NCBI GenBank assembly: GCA_963793265.1
Contig: CAWBZI010000004.1
Span: 448,001-512,000, forward strand
Direction: 5' to 3'
DNA length: 64,000 bases
Source of the DNA: an uncultured cyanobacterium
Lineage (GTDB): Bacteria > Cyanobacteriota > Cyanobacteriia > Phormidesmidales > Phormidesmidaceae
The notes beneath the pieces were generated by a model. It saw nothing but the letters and a program-made list of their open reading frames with translations. It was not told the DNA's origin and made no database searches. Position numbers and translations under genes: made by a program. Shown one piece after another: positions 9,486 to 20,234 of the stretch. The first letter of the stretch is position 1; each line of letters begins with the position of its first letter.

Positions 9486-9917
9486 ATGCAATATTTAGCA
9501 AAGGTTCATACCAAACATGCTTCAGGCGATACTCAGCTTCAGCTTTTAGCTGTTAATACCTGTGAGCACACCTGGGAGCCTGTCACACCGCCAAGAGTCA
9601 TTTTGGTCACTAAAAGCGTTCCGGCTAACGAGCAAGTGTTAGTGCTAGTAGAGCTAGACGCTGATGAAGAGGTGGTGGCTGCCAAGGATGCTACCCAGTG
9701 GGTGCTTGATTTTGTCTCTGAGTATTTGACGCAGGGGCTAACGCCCAAGGGGCTAGAAGAAGAATTAGAGCGGGCTGAGCAGTGGCGGCAGTCGCTCACG
9801 CTGCAAAGCCAGGAAGTGCGTCGTCGGGCGCTAGAGACAGCGGCCCGACGCGATGAAATTCAGGATTTAGAAAAGCGCTTGAAGCTGGAGCGAGAGACGC
9901 TAGAAAGCAGAGAATAG
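9486..9917 (+). CDS. Hypothetical protein with C-terminal coiled coil
   Basis: ATG at 9486 (MQYLAKV) preferred to TTG at 9447; ERAEQWRQSLTLQSQEV coiled-coil segment. Confidence 0.7.
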   Translation: MQYLAKVHTKHASGDTQLQLLAVNTCEHTWEPVTPPRVILVTKSVPANEQVLVLVELDADEEVVAAKDATQWVLDFVSEYLTQGLTPKGLEEELERAEQWRQSLTLQSQEVRRRALETAARRDEIQDLEKRLKLERETLESRE

Positions 9918-9991
9918 CTTTAGTTGGCAGTGACTTTGCCTTAGCCCCGAACTGAGTATAGCGCCAGTCAGACACAATACGACTTCAGCAG

Positions 9992-11566
9992 TTAGCTTTG
10001 AGGCAGTACGTCTTGCAGCAGGGGCGCAAGCTCGTCTTTGAGCTGTCCGGCTCGAATAAATTCGGCGTAGGTATCCGATTCTATTGCGAGCAGCTCATCA
10101 CGAACCTGCTCTGCGGCATAGGTCAATATCTCTGGGTTTGAGCGCTGTAGCTTGGTGAGATCTTCCTGGAGTTCTTCAAGCTGGCCTTCTACTAAAGCGA
10201 TCTGATATCTGGCAAACTCTTCGTCTACCTCCTGTCTTTCGATGAGTTCTTTGAGCCGGTCGAGTACCCGGTTAAGTGCGACACGGTGAGCTACTAGCTG
10301 CGTGTACTTCTGACGAGTTGGCTGATCGCCTAGTAGATCTAGCCAAGAGAGTAGCGGTTGGGTGGTGAGGCCCTGAACAAGAAGGGTAAAGAGCATGACG
10401 CCGAAGACAACGGCGATGATTTCTTCGCGCTGGGCTAGAGACTCAGGGACGCTCAGGGCTAGGGCGACTGAAACCGATCCTCTTAGGCCCCCCCACCAAA
10501 GGACGGTTTGACCGGGCAAAGATATGTTTTCGCCTTTGGTAATAAAGTTGCTAAAGCTACCGAGGCCAAAGACGCTGATGGCGCGGGCGGTGATGATGAT
10601 AGCGATCGCAATAAAAATCGTATCGGCGTTGTCAATAAGCGCTTGAAACCGTACCTGATCGCCAATTAGCAAAAACACAATCGAATTGACGAAGAAGGCC
10701 AAAAATTCCCAAAACTCAGATACCACTAGCCGGGTGCGAGGGTTCATGCCAATGCGAGAACCAAAGTTGCCTAAGATCAAACCAGTAGTGACAACTGCGA
10801 TGACGCCAGAGCCGCCGAGTTCTTCAGCGATGATGTAGGTGCCGTAGGCAGAAACGAGGGTAAGGGACTGCTCTACTAGAGGAATGTCGAATCTTTGGGT
10901 CAAAAATGAGATGCCGAAGCCAATTAGACCACCTAAGCTGATGCCTAGTCCGGCAAAGATAGCGAATTTGGCAATTGTCACAGTGGCGTCAAACTGTTCA
11001 AGCCCAAGGGCAATTCCCAGCAGTAAGTTGAAGGCCACAACGGCAACACCGTCATTGAAAAGGCTTTCGCCCTCCATCAGTGTCGTAAGCCTTTTATCAA
11101 CCCCTAACTCTCGAAAAAGCGCCGTGACTGAAACAGGATCGGTAGCAGATAGGCTTGCTCCGACTAAAAGCGATGTGGCCAGTGAGGCCCCGGCAAGCTG
11201 CTGTAGGCCAAACACCAGGCCCATTATGCAAATCACAACGCCTAATACGGCGTATAGCAAAATCGGCACTAAATCGCTTTTTAACCGGCTCCACTTGATA
11301 TTCCAGGCTGCTTCAAACAGTAGCGGGGGTAGGAAGATAAATAGGATTAGCTCGGGTGAAAGATTGACGAGCCGAACATCGACAACGGCTAGCCCTAGCC
11401 CAACGACCAGTAGCAATAAGGTGTAGGGAATGTTTCGCAGGATGCTGAATACTCTAGAGAGCGTAGCGACACCTAGAGAAACTGAGAGTACGAGCAAGAA
11501 CTGACGTAGGTTCGACTCAATCGCAGCATCTTGAAGGGCGGGTTCTACCGCTATTAACCAATGCAA
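9992..11566 (-). CDS. Na+/H+ antiporter, CPA1/NhaP family (start uncertain)
   Basis: LFIFLPPLLFEAA, SATDPVSV, EGESLFNDG, WGGLRGSVS; ORF-track N-terminus overlaps recN, so the in-frame TTG at 11566 was chosen. Confidence 0.9.
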   Translation of the reverse strand: MHWLIAVEPALQDAAIESNLRQFLLVLSVSLGVATLSRVFSILRNIPYTLLLLVVGLGLAVVDVRLVNLSPELILFIFLPPLLFEAAWNIKWSRLKSDLVPILLYAVLGVVICIMGLVFGLQQLAGASLATSLLVGASLSATDPVSVTALFRELGVDKRLTTLMEGESLFNDGVAVVAFNLLLGIALGLEQFDATVTIAKFAIFAGLGISLGGLIGFGISFLTQRFDIPLVEQSLTLVSAYGTYIIAEELGGSGVIAVVTTGLILGNFGSRIGMNPRTRLVVSEFWEFLAFFVNSIVFLLIGDQVRFQALIDNADTIFIAIAIIITARAISVFGLGSFSNFITKGENISLPGQTVLWWGGLRGSVSVALALSVPESLAQREEIIAVVFGVMLFTLLVQGLTTQPLLSWLDLLGDQPTRQKYTQLVAHRVALNRVLDRLKELIERQEVDEEFARYQIALVEGQLEELQEDLTKLQRSNPEILTYAAEQVRDELLAIESDTYAEFIRAGQLKDELAPLLQDVLPQS

Positions 11567-11723
11567 GTTGTCTGTCAGTCCGATGAGCGGAGCCGAAGAA
11601 AGTAGAAGAGGGCTAAGCAAGGCAATTACAGCGTAAAAACAACAGTAAAAACGGCACTGAAAGCAACGATACAAAGCATTTCGCACCGAAGCGTTTTCAT
11701 AGTAAAGCCTAGCGGTCTTCCTA

Positions 11724-13646
11724 TTACCCTGCCTTACGGATTGTTTCGGCCTGCTGAAGCAGGGCGTCGGCAAAGGCGATCGCCTCACTGTGCGATCGCC
11801 CTCCGGCAAGCTGAGCTAGCTCTTCGCGCCGGGACTTAGTATCCAACGGCGTGACTTTAACAATGGTACGCTCTTCGCTACTGGCCTTGGTAGCGTTAGT
11901 ATCGGCCTTGCTGACCTGATTAGAACCGGATTGGCCCGCAGTCTGATTGACAATCTTGGCACGAGCTTTGTCTTCTTCGGTGAGTAGCTTATCCGAGGGT
12001 TCAGCATCATTTTTCACCACCTTTGCCGACGCAGATTTAGACTTACGGCCCTTCTTACCTTTCGCATCTAAATCATCTGAGGGCAGCGTAACGACGTGCT
12101 TGCCTACATGAAAATGAGCGTCGGCCATCGCTGCAACTAGCGGCTGGTGCGTGACACAAAGCACCTGATGCTCTCGGCCTAGCTGGTAGAGCTTTTCGGC
12201 GATCGCTTGAGCAACCCGCCCTGAAACGCCCACATCAATCTCGTCAAAGACCATTGTGCCAATGGGATCAACGCGAGAAAAGCAGGCTTTTAGCGCCAGT
12301 AAAAACCGACTCATCTCACCGCCTGAGGCAATCTCGACTAGGGGCTGAAGGGGCTCGCCGGGGTTGGGACTAAACAAGAACGAAATTAGGTCTGCGCCGT
12401 TGGCGGTAGGTGCTTGTGACTGAATATCGACTTTGAACTTGACGCGCTCCATCGCCAGCGGTTTGAGCTGAGTGACTAGCGCCTGTTCTAGCTGTTTGGC
12501 GGCACCTTGGCGGAGCTTGGTGAGGCGATCGCAGCTCTCTAGCAAAACATGCTGCTTTTTTTGGTACGCACTTTCTAGCTCTTCGATCGACTGTCCGTCG
12601 CCGTGAAGCGCGGCTAATGATGCCTGAATCCCCTGGTAATATTCGATTAGCTCGGGCAAATCGCGGTTGTACTTGCGACATAGCTGTTTGAGCTGAGCAA
12701 TGCGCTGATCAATTTCTTCTAGCCTTTCAGGATCGGTTTCGATGCTTTCGCCGTAGGTATTTATCTGCCTACCTGCTTCTTGAACTTGAGCGATCGCATC
12801 ACTCACCATTTCCAAAATAGAATCAACTGCTGGGTCATATCGCAGCATGTCGCTCAAGATCCCTTCCGCCTGACCCAGCAAATCGGCGCAAGCTTCACCT
12901 TCATCATTTTCATAGAGAATTTGATAGGTCTGATAGCTTTGCTGCTGTAGCTCTACGCTATGGCTCAATCGATGATGCTCGATTTGCAAGGTTTCTAGCT
13001 CATCAGGCGCTTCAATCGCAGCCTCAGTGAGTTCTTTGCTCTGAAACTCAAACATCTCTAGCTGGTCGGTACGCTGCTGCTCGGCCCGGCGACGGGTGTC
13101 CAATATCTTTTTTGCCGCCGTTGCTGCCTCGTAGTCAGCGCTTACCTGCTGCCTTTGCTTGACGAGCTTACTGTCGCCGAACCCATCTAACCAGTCGCGC
13201 TGAAGATCTGGCGAGCCAAGCTGTAGCGTTTGGCCCTGAGCTGTAATTTCAATCAGCAGACGGCGCAGCTCTTCCATCTGGGGCTTTTTTACCGCAACGC
13301 CGTTCAGCCGCGAGCGACTACGAACCGATCCCGAGCCTTTTGCCGCCGTAAGATCTCTGCGGCAGATCAGCACATTACCTTTATCAGGAATCTCATAGCC
13401 GCTCAGCCACTCAGTAATTCGCGAGTCATGAGTACCCACATCAAAAGTGCCTTCTACCATGGCTTTGTCAGTGCCGGTTCTCACCCATCTTCCAGAGGCT
13501 TTCCCCCCTAGCACCGCATCAATGGCATCTAAGATAATAGACTTACCTGCGCCAGTTTCACCCGTTAGTACGTTGAGCCCTGGCTTTAGCTCAAGATCTA
13601 AGCGCTCAATCAGGGCAAAATTCTCAATCTTTAAAGCAGAAAGCAT
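11724..13646 (-). CDS. recN: DNA repair protein RecN
   Basis: LKIENFALI, TGETGAGKS, coiled coil, ASGGEMSR, FDEIDVGVSG, CVTHQP. Confidence 0.96.
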   Translation of the reverse strand: MLSALKIENFALIERLDLELKPGLNVLTGETGAGKSIILDAIDAVLGGKASGRWVRTGTDKAMVEGTFDVGTHDSRITEWLSGYEIPDKGNVLICRRDLTAAKGSGSVRSRSRLNGVAVKKPQMEELRRLLIEITAQGQTLQLGSPDLQRDWLDGFGDSKLVKQRQQVSADYEAATAAKKILDTRRRAEQQRTDQLEMFEFQSKELTEAAIEAPDELETLQIEHHRLSHSVELQQQSYQTYQILYENDEGEACADLLGQAEGILSDMLRYDPAVDSILEMVSDAIAQVQEAGRQINTYGESIETDPERLEEIDQRIAQLKQLCRKYNRDLPELIEYYQGIQASLAALHGDGQSIEELESAYQKKQHVLLESCDRLTKLRQGAAKQLEQALVTQLKPLAMERVKFKVDIQSQAPTANGADLISFLFSPNPGEPLQPLVEIASGGEMSRFLLALKACFSRVDPIGTMVFDEIDVGVSGRVAQAIAEKLYQLGREHQVLCVTHQPLVAAMADAHFHVGKHVVTLPSDDLDAKGKKGRKSKSASAKVVKNDAEPSDKLLTEEDKARAKIVNQTAGQSGSNQVSKADTNATKASSEERTIVKVTPLDTKSRREELAQLAGGRSHSEAIAFADALLQQAETIRKAG

Positions 13647-13955
13647 AGCCCTACATCGCCTTTGGTTTGTTCGCGGGTGTTTGTACTGTAATTTGTACTA
13701 TGAAGATTGTACTATCTCAGGTTTTTGAATGAGAAAGGCTGCTTATCTCGCTTGCGACAGACGACAGCTTTCAATAACTTGATACAATAATTCACATAAT
13801 TGTGTCTTTATGTTTTCACGACGCTTTCTATTCCTAGACACTACGTTCTAGCTGTTCGGTAAGCAATCTCTCTTTTGAGATTATTTTACCGCCGCAAGCT
13901 AGAAGCCATCGCTAAACGAATACTTTTTTTGAAGATTTTCTTCTAAGCATCTTTT

Positions 13956-15998
13956 ATGAGCGTAGCTTCGCCCGATCTCTTTACCTCACCGTCTGAACTG
14001 CCTACGGCTACCGCCCCCCTTGACGAGTATGGTCGTCCCATCGTTACAGACGATCAGGCCCGGCCAGTGACCGTTGCGGCTGTGCCTGTCGCAATTAAGA
14101 TGCCGCCTGAGCGCTTGGAGGATATTTTGACTTACAACCCAGAGGCGATCGCCGCCTTCTACCGCCGCCGTCCTTTCCAAATTCTGTTCCGCCTGCTCTC
14201 AATCTTTTGGATAGCTACGGGCTATGTTTTGGGACTGCTGTGGGATAAGGTTACGGGCCGTCAGAAGGTGAATGAGCAAAAGCGAGCTGAGGGCTTGCGA
14301 GTGATGCTCACCAAGCTCGGGCCTGCCTACATCAAGGTGGGCCAGGCGCTATCGACGCGTCCAGACTTGGTGTCTCCTTCGACAATGGCAGAGATGGTGA
14401 AGCTGCAAGATCAGCTACCGCCGTTCTCTAATGAAATTGCGATGCGATTTATTGCCGAAGAAATTGGTCAGCCGCCTGAGAACGTTTATGAGTATCTATC
14501 TCCAAATCCAATCGCAGCCGCTTCGTTAGGTCAGGTTTATAAGGGTCGGCTAAAAACAGGCGAAGACGTAGCGGTGAAGGTGCAGCGCCCCGGTCTAGCC
14601 GATCAGATTACGAAAGATATCTATATCATCCGCATTTTGGCCAACTGGGCGACGAATAATATCAAGCAGATTCGTAGCGATTTGGTCAGTATTGTTGATG
14701 AGTTTGGTACTCGTATCTTCGAGGAGATGGACTACAACCATGAAGGGGCTAACGCTGAGCGCTTCGATAGGCTGTACGGCTATTTGCCCGAGATTGTGGT
14801 ACCTAGTATTTATGAGCAGTACACGGGTCGTCGGGTGCTGACGATGGAGTGGATTGAGGGCGTTAAGCTCACTGAGCTAGATGAGCTAGCTCGCAGAGGC
14901 ATTGACCCGACTCATGTCATTGAGGTGGGGGTGCAATGCTCGCTGAGGCAGCTTTTGGAGCACGGCTTTTTCCACGCCGATCCTCACCCTGGTAACTTGC
15001 TGGTGACAGCGGACGGTAAGCTGGCCTATCTAGACTTTGGCATGATGTGTGAGGTACAGCCCTACCAGCGCTACGGTCTGATTGAGGCGATCGTGCATAT
15101 GGTGAATCGTGATTTTGAGGGCTTAGCTCAGGATTACGTCAACCTGGAATTCTTAACGCCTGAAACGGACTTAAGCCCAATTATTCCAGCGCTAGCTGGT
15201 GTATTTAATAATGCTCTAGGAGCCAGCGTTGCTGAGCTGAACTTGAAGAGCATCACGGATGAATTTTCGGCATTGATGTATGAGTATCCGTTCCGGGTGC
15301 CTGCTTACTACGCGCTGATTATCCGCTCTTTAGTGACGCTAGACGGTATTGCTATTACGGTCGATCCAGACTTTAAGGTGTTGAGCAAAGCCTATCCGTA
15401 TGTGTCTAAGCGATTGCTGACCGATCCGGCCCCTCAGCTCCGAAACTCTCTGCAGGCACTACTTTTTCAAGACGGTAGCTTCCGCTGGAATCGGCTGGAG
15501 AATCTGCTAAAGAACGCGAAAGATAGCGACGAGTACGACTTGAACAAAGTGCTTGATCAGACGCTGGAATATCTGTTTTCAGAGCGTGGTGAGTTTTTGC
15601 GGGTTCGGATTGCAGATGAGCTGGCTAAAGAGCTGGACAAAGCTGGCTTTAGCTTGATTCAGAAGATTGCGGCTACACTACGACTGCCAGGGCACGAAAA
15701 GCTGATGGGGAAAGTAACTACGCCCATTGGCGCGCAGCCGGTTCCTGCTGGAACAAGTAGCTGGGAGCAGGCGGTACGTGTGCTGAAGATTTTGCGGGAT
15801 ACTGAAGGGCTGAATGTGGCAACGGTGGCTAATGTGGTGCCTAAGTTTGTCGGTCAGCCAGAGGGTCGTGATATTGGCAGACGAATTGTGAATGGTGTGG
15901 CGCAAAGAGCGATCGCTCGTATGATTCGCGAGTTCTTAGTCACTGAACCAAAGCCAGTAGTCGTTGCCCCGGCCCTACCGCCTGCACGAGCTGCTTAG
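13956..15998 (+). CDS. ABC1/UbiB/AarF family atypical kinase
   Basis: LGPAYIKVGQALSTRPD, AAASLGQVY, VAVKVQRP, FFHADPHPGN, LDFGM. Confidence 0.93.
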   Translation: MSVASPDLFTSPSELPTATAPLDEYGRPIVTDDQARPVTVAAVPVAIKMPPERLEDILTYNPEAIAAFYRRRPFQILFRLLSIFWIATGYVLGLLWDKVTGRQKVNEQKRAEGLRVMLTKLGPAYIKVGQALSTRPDLVSPSTMAEMVKLQDQLPPFSNEIAMRFIAEEIGQPPENVYEYLSPNPIAAASLGQVYKGRLKTGEDVAVKVQRPGLADQITKDIYIIRILANWATNNIKQIRSDLVSIVDEFGTRIFEEMDYNHEGANAERFDRLYGYLPEIVVPSIYEQYTGRRVLTMEWIEGVKLTELDELARRGIDPTHVIEVGVQCSLRQLLEHGFFHADPHPGNLLVTADGKLAYLDFGMMCEVQPYQRYGLIEAIVHMVNRDFEGLAQDYVNLEFLTPETDLSPIIPALAGVFNNALGASVAELNLKSITDEFSALMYEYPFRVPAYYALIIRSLVTLDGIAITVDPDFKVLSKAYPYVSKRLLTDPAPQLRNSLQALLFQDGSFRWNRLENLLKNAKDSDEYDLNKVLDQTLEYLFSERGEFLRVRIADELAKELDKAGFSLIQKIAATLRLPGHEKLMGKVTTPIGAQPVPAGTSSWEQAVRVLKILRDTEGLNVATVANVVPKFVGQPEGRDIGRRIVNGVAQRAIARMIREFLVTEPKPVVVAPALPPARAA

Positions 15999-16012
15999 TT
16001 GATCTAGCCGTT

Positions 16013-16486
16013 TTAAGGAATCTCACTAAGATCGCAAATAATATATAGCGGTGAGTAAGGGCTACAGGAGGCAATTAGTCTCCGGTCTTGCTTGCCGTAG
16101 GTGATAGTACTGCCAAATCGGTTGATCCATGTCCAACCGTCAGCTTCGACAGCAGGCTCTAAGGACGAAAACGTTCGAGTAATTACGCGCTGGTTGTCCC
16201 CATCGATTGTCTGAATGTTTTCACGGTTCAACTCCATTTTCAGAATAGAGTTCAAAATTGCGGTGTTATCCTCGTGTTTGGGCCAAGCCCCTCTAAAAAG
16301 AAAGTAAAGCATCACCAGACCTGTGCCGCTGATGAGCGTTAAGAAGATAGCGACCTGAACGAGTCGGGGGTGGTGGGTGATGCCGTTGCGGATTTTACGT
16401 AACTTGCTAGGTTTTGTTGCTACAGCAAGGTCTTGCTTAGCGGGTGAGAGGTCGGTAGCGGGCTCCCTGGTTTTTAGGGTGGGCAT
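16013..16486 (-). CDS. Hypothetical single-pass membrane protein
   Basis: 157-aa ORF with one hydrophobic helix filling the gap between genes. Confidence 0.65.
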   Translation of the reverse strand: MPTLKTREPATDLSPAKQDLAVATKPSKLRKIRNGITHHPRLVQVAIFLTLISGTGLVMLYFLFRGAWPKHEDNTAILNSILKMELNRENIQTIDGDNQRVITRTFSSLEPAVEADGWTWINRFGSTITYGKQDRRLIASCSPYSPLYIICDLSEIP

Positions 16487-16593
16487 AGGGCGGCATCTAC
16501 ATACTTACTTAATTTGATTGTAAAGCTTGATAGCGACTATAGTTCAGTAGCTTTTCCGTAACTTTACGGAGGAAGCCTCTTTTTTTGAATCAG

Positions 16594-18735
16594 CTATGGG
16601 ATTGGAGAAAGGCGTACTGGTAGCTGATTTCTCATCGTTTGAATAAGATGTGTTGCTTGGTAATCGTACAGTTCGAGGTCTATGGATGAAGGCAATTGCT
16701 GAACAAAGCGGTCAATCTCTTGCCTATTGCAGTCTGTAAGTTGAGTGAGTCGCTTGGCAATAGTGCTTAACATTTGAGCATCGTCGTTGCGATCAGGCAC
16801 ATCGGCAGTGAGTCGCCAGCGCCGAGGCGGCGTTCTTTGGCCACGTTCTATGCGACGTAGGCCATTAATGGAGGAGAGCACAAAGAGGCGATCGCCCGGC
16901 ACTAACCGCTGATCGTCTGTCGGCATCAAAATGGTGCAGAGATGGCCTTTGTGATCGCGCGTGTCTCTTAAAATCGGCACCACCCCGTAGCCATAGGCAA
17001 TATGACCCATTTGCTTACCGCTGAGCGTGTCGCCTGGGACAATTGCATACTCGGCAATTAAAATATTTTGACCACCCAAGCGAAACAGACCTAAGATATT
17101 TTCGCCAAATGCCGCACCTGCAAAGGCTTCTGCTGAGAGCGCATAGGCGCAAAATGCCTGAGCCTGAGGCATCATCGCCGTTAAATTATCGCTAAAAGTT
17201 TGGCTGCGAGTGCGGACAACGGGCGAGAAGGTATGGCTGAGCGTTTTTTCTGAGGCAAGTAAGGCGACTTCTAAGTTGAGCATCTGATCGTCGGTGACAG
17301 CGATGATACTTTTGGCGGTTGCGAGGTTAGCCGCAGAGAGTTCTTGCAGGATATCGCCTGTTAATAGCGGAATTTGCGCAGATAGCTCGGCTGTTTTAGG
17401 CTTAGCGTCTAGTGCGACGAGAGGCTGGTTGAACTCGGTTAGTAAGCTAGCAACCTTGCGCCCAATGCGGCCTAGACCCACGACGACTACATGGTTGCTG
17501 CGGGGAATGCGAGGGCGCTTTTGAAGAAAATCGAATCGAGAGTTTAACAGGCGATCTGCGACTAGGCCCAGCACACCTAGCACGACCAAAATACTGACGA
17601 CTGTAATTGCTAGGCATACAAGCTGTACCCAACCAGGGGTGACGGGTCTGCCGAAGCCACCAAACACATCGCCGTAGCCGCCTAGCAGCAAAATTGCGCC
17701 TAAGCTGATGGCCTTGACCCAGGTCAGCTCTGTGCCTAAGCCGTCGTTGAAGTTGAACTTGAGCAGTAGGGTGCCGGTGATCCAAAGAACTAGGGCTGTC
17801 GATAGGGCGATCGCAACTACCCTACCCAGCGATTCTTCAGATGACTGTCGCCAGCTTCTTAGCTGCTTTTGCCAATCGCTATGGCGAAGATCGTCTATCC
17901 ACTGGCTCAGCGTTTTGAGTAAGTTGCGATTCTCTACAGCGGGGTCAGTGGCGTTGCTGACTTCTATATAGGCAATGCGATCACCCGGTTCTACTCGAAC
18001 ATGAGGCTGCCAGCGATGAAAGATTGAAGAAGCCGTTGTTGCCCAGCCCATCGGCTGCTGAGGCGTTTCAACAGGATTGAGATCTAGCAGCCTGAAAAGA
18101 CCTTGATGTAGCTGATGGACAGGCCGCTGATCGAACCGTGGATCGCCTGCTTGAACCAAACGTTCAGTGACCCTAAAACGGTGACGACCGATCCTAAAAA
18201 CGCTGACAATATCTTCGCCTAGCCCAGCGAGTGCAAAGGTCATTGCTGGTAGTTCGGTGGCATCTAGAGCAACAAAATTGCCGAGCTGCCGGGCGAGTAG
18301 CGCGTTGAGGCTATGGCGGGAGGAGCGCAGGATAATCTGGATATTGGGGTTGAGGCGGCGGGCAGCGATCGCACACTCTACATTCGTACTTTCATTACTC
18401 GTGACAATCAAAATCGCCCGACTTTGCTCAATCCCAGCCTTTTTAAGCATGTCTTCACGACGACAATCACCTAAAACGGGGGCCGCTGCTAGATAGCTAG
18501 GCAGATCATCAATCTCCCATGTCCGAATCCTGCGCTGGTCGATAGCGGTGATATTGACTTCAAACGGATCGTAGTCGAACTTTTTGAGGTTGATGACACA
18601 CTGCTGGCCCAAGCTCCCAAGACCGCAGATAATGAAGCGATCTTGAGAATCCCCTTCGGCTCGGCCTCGCCACTGCGTTGCCAAGTTCGGCATTAACGTG
18701 TCTGGGCCAACGGCAGAATAAGGGTTAGCTGGCAT
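16594..18735 (-). CDS. Potassium-channel-like protein with TrkA-N/TrkA-C (RCK) domains
   Basis: Rossmann motifs ICGLGSLG and VVGLGRIG flank two TM helices with a GGYGD pore-loop-like motif. Confidence 0.85.
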   Translation of the reverse strand: MPANPYSAVGPDTLMPNLATQWRGRAEGDSQDRFIICGLGSLGQQCVINLKKFDYDPFEVNITAIDQRRIRTWEIDDLPSYLAAAPVLGDCRREDMLKKAGIEQSRAILIVTSNESTNVECAIAARRLNPNIQIILRSSRHSLNALLARQLGNFVALDATELPAMTFALAGLGEDIVSVFRIGRHRFRVTERLVQAGDPRFDQRPVHQLHQGLFRLLDLNPVETPQQPMGWATTASSIFHRWQPHVRVEPGDRIAYIEVSNATDPAVENRNLLKTLSQWIDDLRHSDWQKQLRSWRQSSEESLGRVVAIALSTALVLWITGTLLLKFNFNDGLGTELTWVKAISLGAILLLGGYGDVFGGFGRPVTPGWVQLVCLAITVVSILVVLGVLGLVADRLLNSRFDFLQKRPRIPRSNHVVVVGLGRIGRKVASLLTEFNQPLVALDAKPKTAELSAQIPLLTGDILQELSAANLATAKSIIAVTDDQMLNLEVALLASEKTLSHTFSPVVRTRSQTFSDNLTAMMPQAQAFCAYALSAEAFAGAAFGENILGLFRLGGQNILIAEYAIVPGDTLSGKQMGHIAYGYGVVPILRDTRDHKGHLCTILMPTDDQRLVPGDRLFVLSSINGLRRIERGQRTPPRRWRLTADVPDRNDDAQMLSTIAKRLTQLTDCNRQEIDRFVQQLPSSIDLELYDYQATHLIQTMRNQLPVRLSPIP

Positions 18736-18849
18736 AGCTTACCGGTACAGGAACTACTTAGCTTTTCATGCTAATCGTGCCATTCTCTCAGGAATTGCCA
18801 GTGAGTGTCATGAAATAATAAGGTTCAAGCCCAAACCCACAGGAGCATT

Positions 18850-19905
18850 ATGAATACCTTTCGCTCGCTGGAATGGAAGCACGATCGTTTGCGCCTGCTA
18901 GATCAGCAGCAGTTGCCGCAGGAGATTACTTACCTTGAATACACCGACTATATAGAGGTAGCCGCAGCTATTAAAACCATGGTGGTGAGAGGAGCACCCG
19001 CGATTGGGCTGGCTGCTGCTTTTGGCATGGCGATCGCGGCTCGGCAGTCTACTGCAACGAAGCCTGAGGATTTTTTGGCGGATATGAGAAAGGCTGGAGA
19101 TTACTTGGGGCGATCGCGTCCCACCGCCGTTAATCTATCGTGGGCTATTAGCCACCTGCTTAAGTTTGTCACGGCTAGAGTCGAGAGCGATCCGAATGTG
19201 TCTGTTGAGAATTTGAAGCAGGCGCTCGCCACCGAAGCCCAGGCGCTATATCAGGCCGATCTGGACGTTTGCAAACGAATAAGCACTCACGCCCAATCAC
19301 TAATCCCTGACTTGGCCCAGGTTATCCATCACTGTAATACGGGCGCGCTAGTTGCCTCAGACTACGGGACTGCGCTGGGTATTATCCGTGTCGCCCATGA
19401 GCAGGGCAAGCAGATTCACGTCTTTTTAGATGAAACTCGGCCTCGGCTACAGGGCGCTAGCCTGTCGGCGTTTGAGATGAAGGCGATAGGTGTACCGCAT
19501 ACGGTGATTGTGGATGGGGCTTCGGGGCACGTGATGAGTACGCACAAGATTGATGCTTGTTTGGTGGGGTGCGATCGCGTGGCAGCCAACGGCGACGTGG
19601 CCAACAAAATTGGTACCTACAACCTGGCACTGGTGGCCCGCGCTCACAACGTTCCTTTTTACGTCGCCTGCCCGCTGAGCACGTTAGACATGAGCCTCGC
19701 TAGCGGCAAGGAAATCAACATTGAAGAACGTGCTGACACCGAAATCACCGAAGTGAAGGGACAGCAGATCACGCCGGACGATACGCCAGTATTCAATCCG
19801 GCATTTGATGTGACGCCTGCTGAGTATGTGACCGCTATCGTTACAGAAAAAGGTATTGTCTATCCGCCGTACAAAGAAAACATTGAGAAAATTATGAATC
19901 GTTAA
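18850..19905 (+). CDS. mtnA: S-methyl-5-thioribose-1-phosphate isomerase
   Basis: [46 protein letters not shown]. Confidence 0.95.
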   Translation: MNTFRSLEWKHDRLRLLDQQQLPQEITYLEYTDYIEVAAAIKTMVVRGAPAIGLAAAFGMAIAARQSTATKPEDFLADMRKAGDYLGRSRPTAVNLSWAISHLLKFVTARVESDPNVSVENLKQALATEAQALYQADLDVCKRISTHAQSLIPDLAQVIHHCNTGALVASDYGTALGIIRVAHEQGKQIHVFLDETRPRLQGASLSAFEMKAIGVPHTVIVDGASGHVMSTHKIDACLVGCDRVAANGDVANKIGTYNLALVARAHNVPFYVACPLSTLDMSLASGKEINIEERADTEITEVKGQQITPDDTPVFNPAFDVTPAEYVTAIVTEKGIVYPPYKENIEKIMNR

Positions 19906-19964
19906 GATAGACTTGTACAGCTTCAAAAGGCCATGTCCACCTGTTAGTTTTTGGATTAATCACG

Positions 19965-20234
19965 ATGTCTGCTGTCATTAACACTCAGCTTGTGGAGTCT
20001 TTAGCCCAGGCTATTCTTGCGCTTAGCCCGAGTGAGCGAGCTTTGGTGCTACAAAAGGTCAAAACGCCAGATATTTTAGAGTTGGAAGTGGCTTTCCCGA
20101 AGGCGACTCAGGCCGAAGTTGATCGCTTCTTTCAGAGTCTTGACAATTCAGAGTCCGATCCGAATCAGCCCACACTGGCGGAGATTTCACAAGAGGTTAG
20201 ACAGGTGCGGCGCGAACTACGAACCCAATCATGA
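19965..20234 (+). CDS. Putative antitoxin of a PIN-type toxin-antitoxin pair
   Basis: Small acidic ORF overlapping the PIN gene by ATGA. Confidence 0.6.
   Translation: MSAVINTQLVESLAQAILALSPSERALVLQKVKTPDILELEVAFPKATQAEVDRFFQSLDNSESDPNQPTLAEISQEVRQVRRELRTQS

Noticed and set aside
10884..11426. Long antisense ORFs (this one, 55653-56099, 40190-40603 and similar)
   Set aside because: Shadow frames of well-supported genes on the opposite strand, with no motifs
11567..11809. 81-aa N-terminal extension of the antiporter in the ORF track
   Set aside because: Overlaps the recN 3' end and does not look protein-like; probably upstream of the true start
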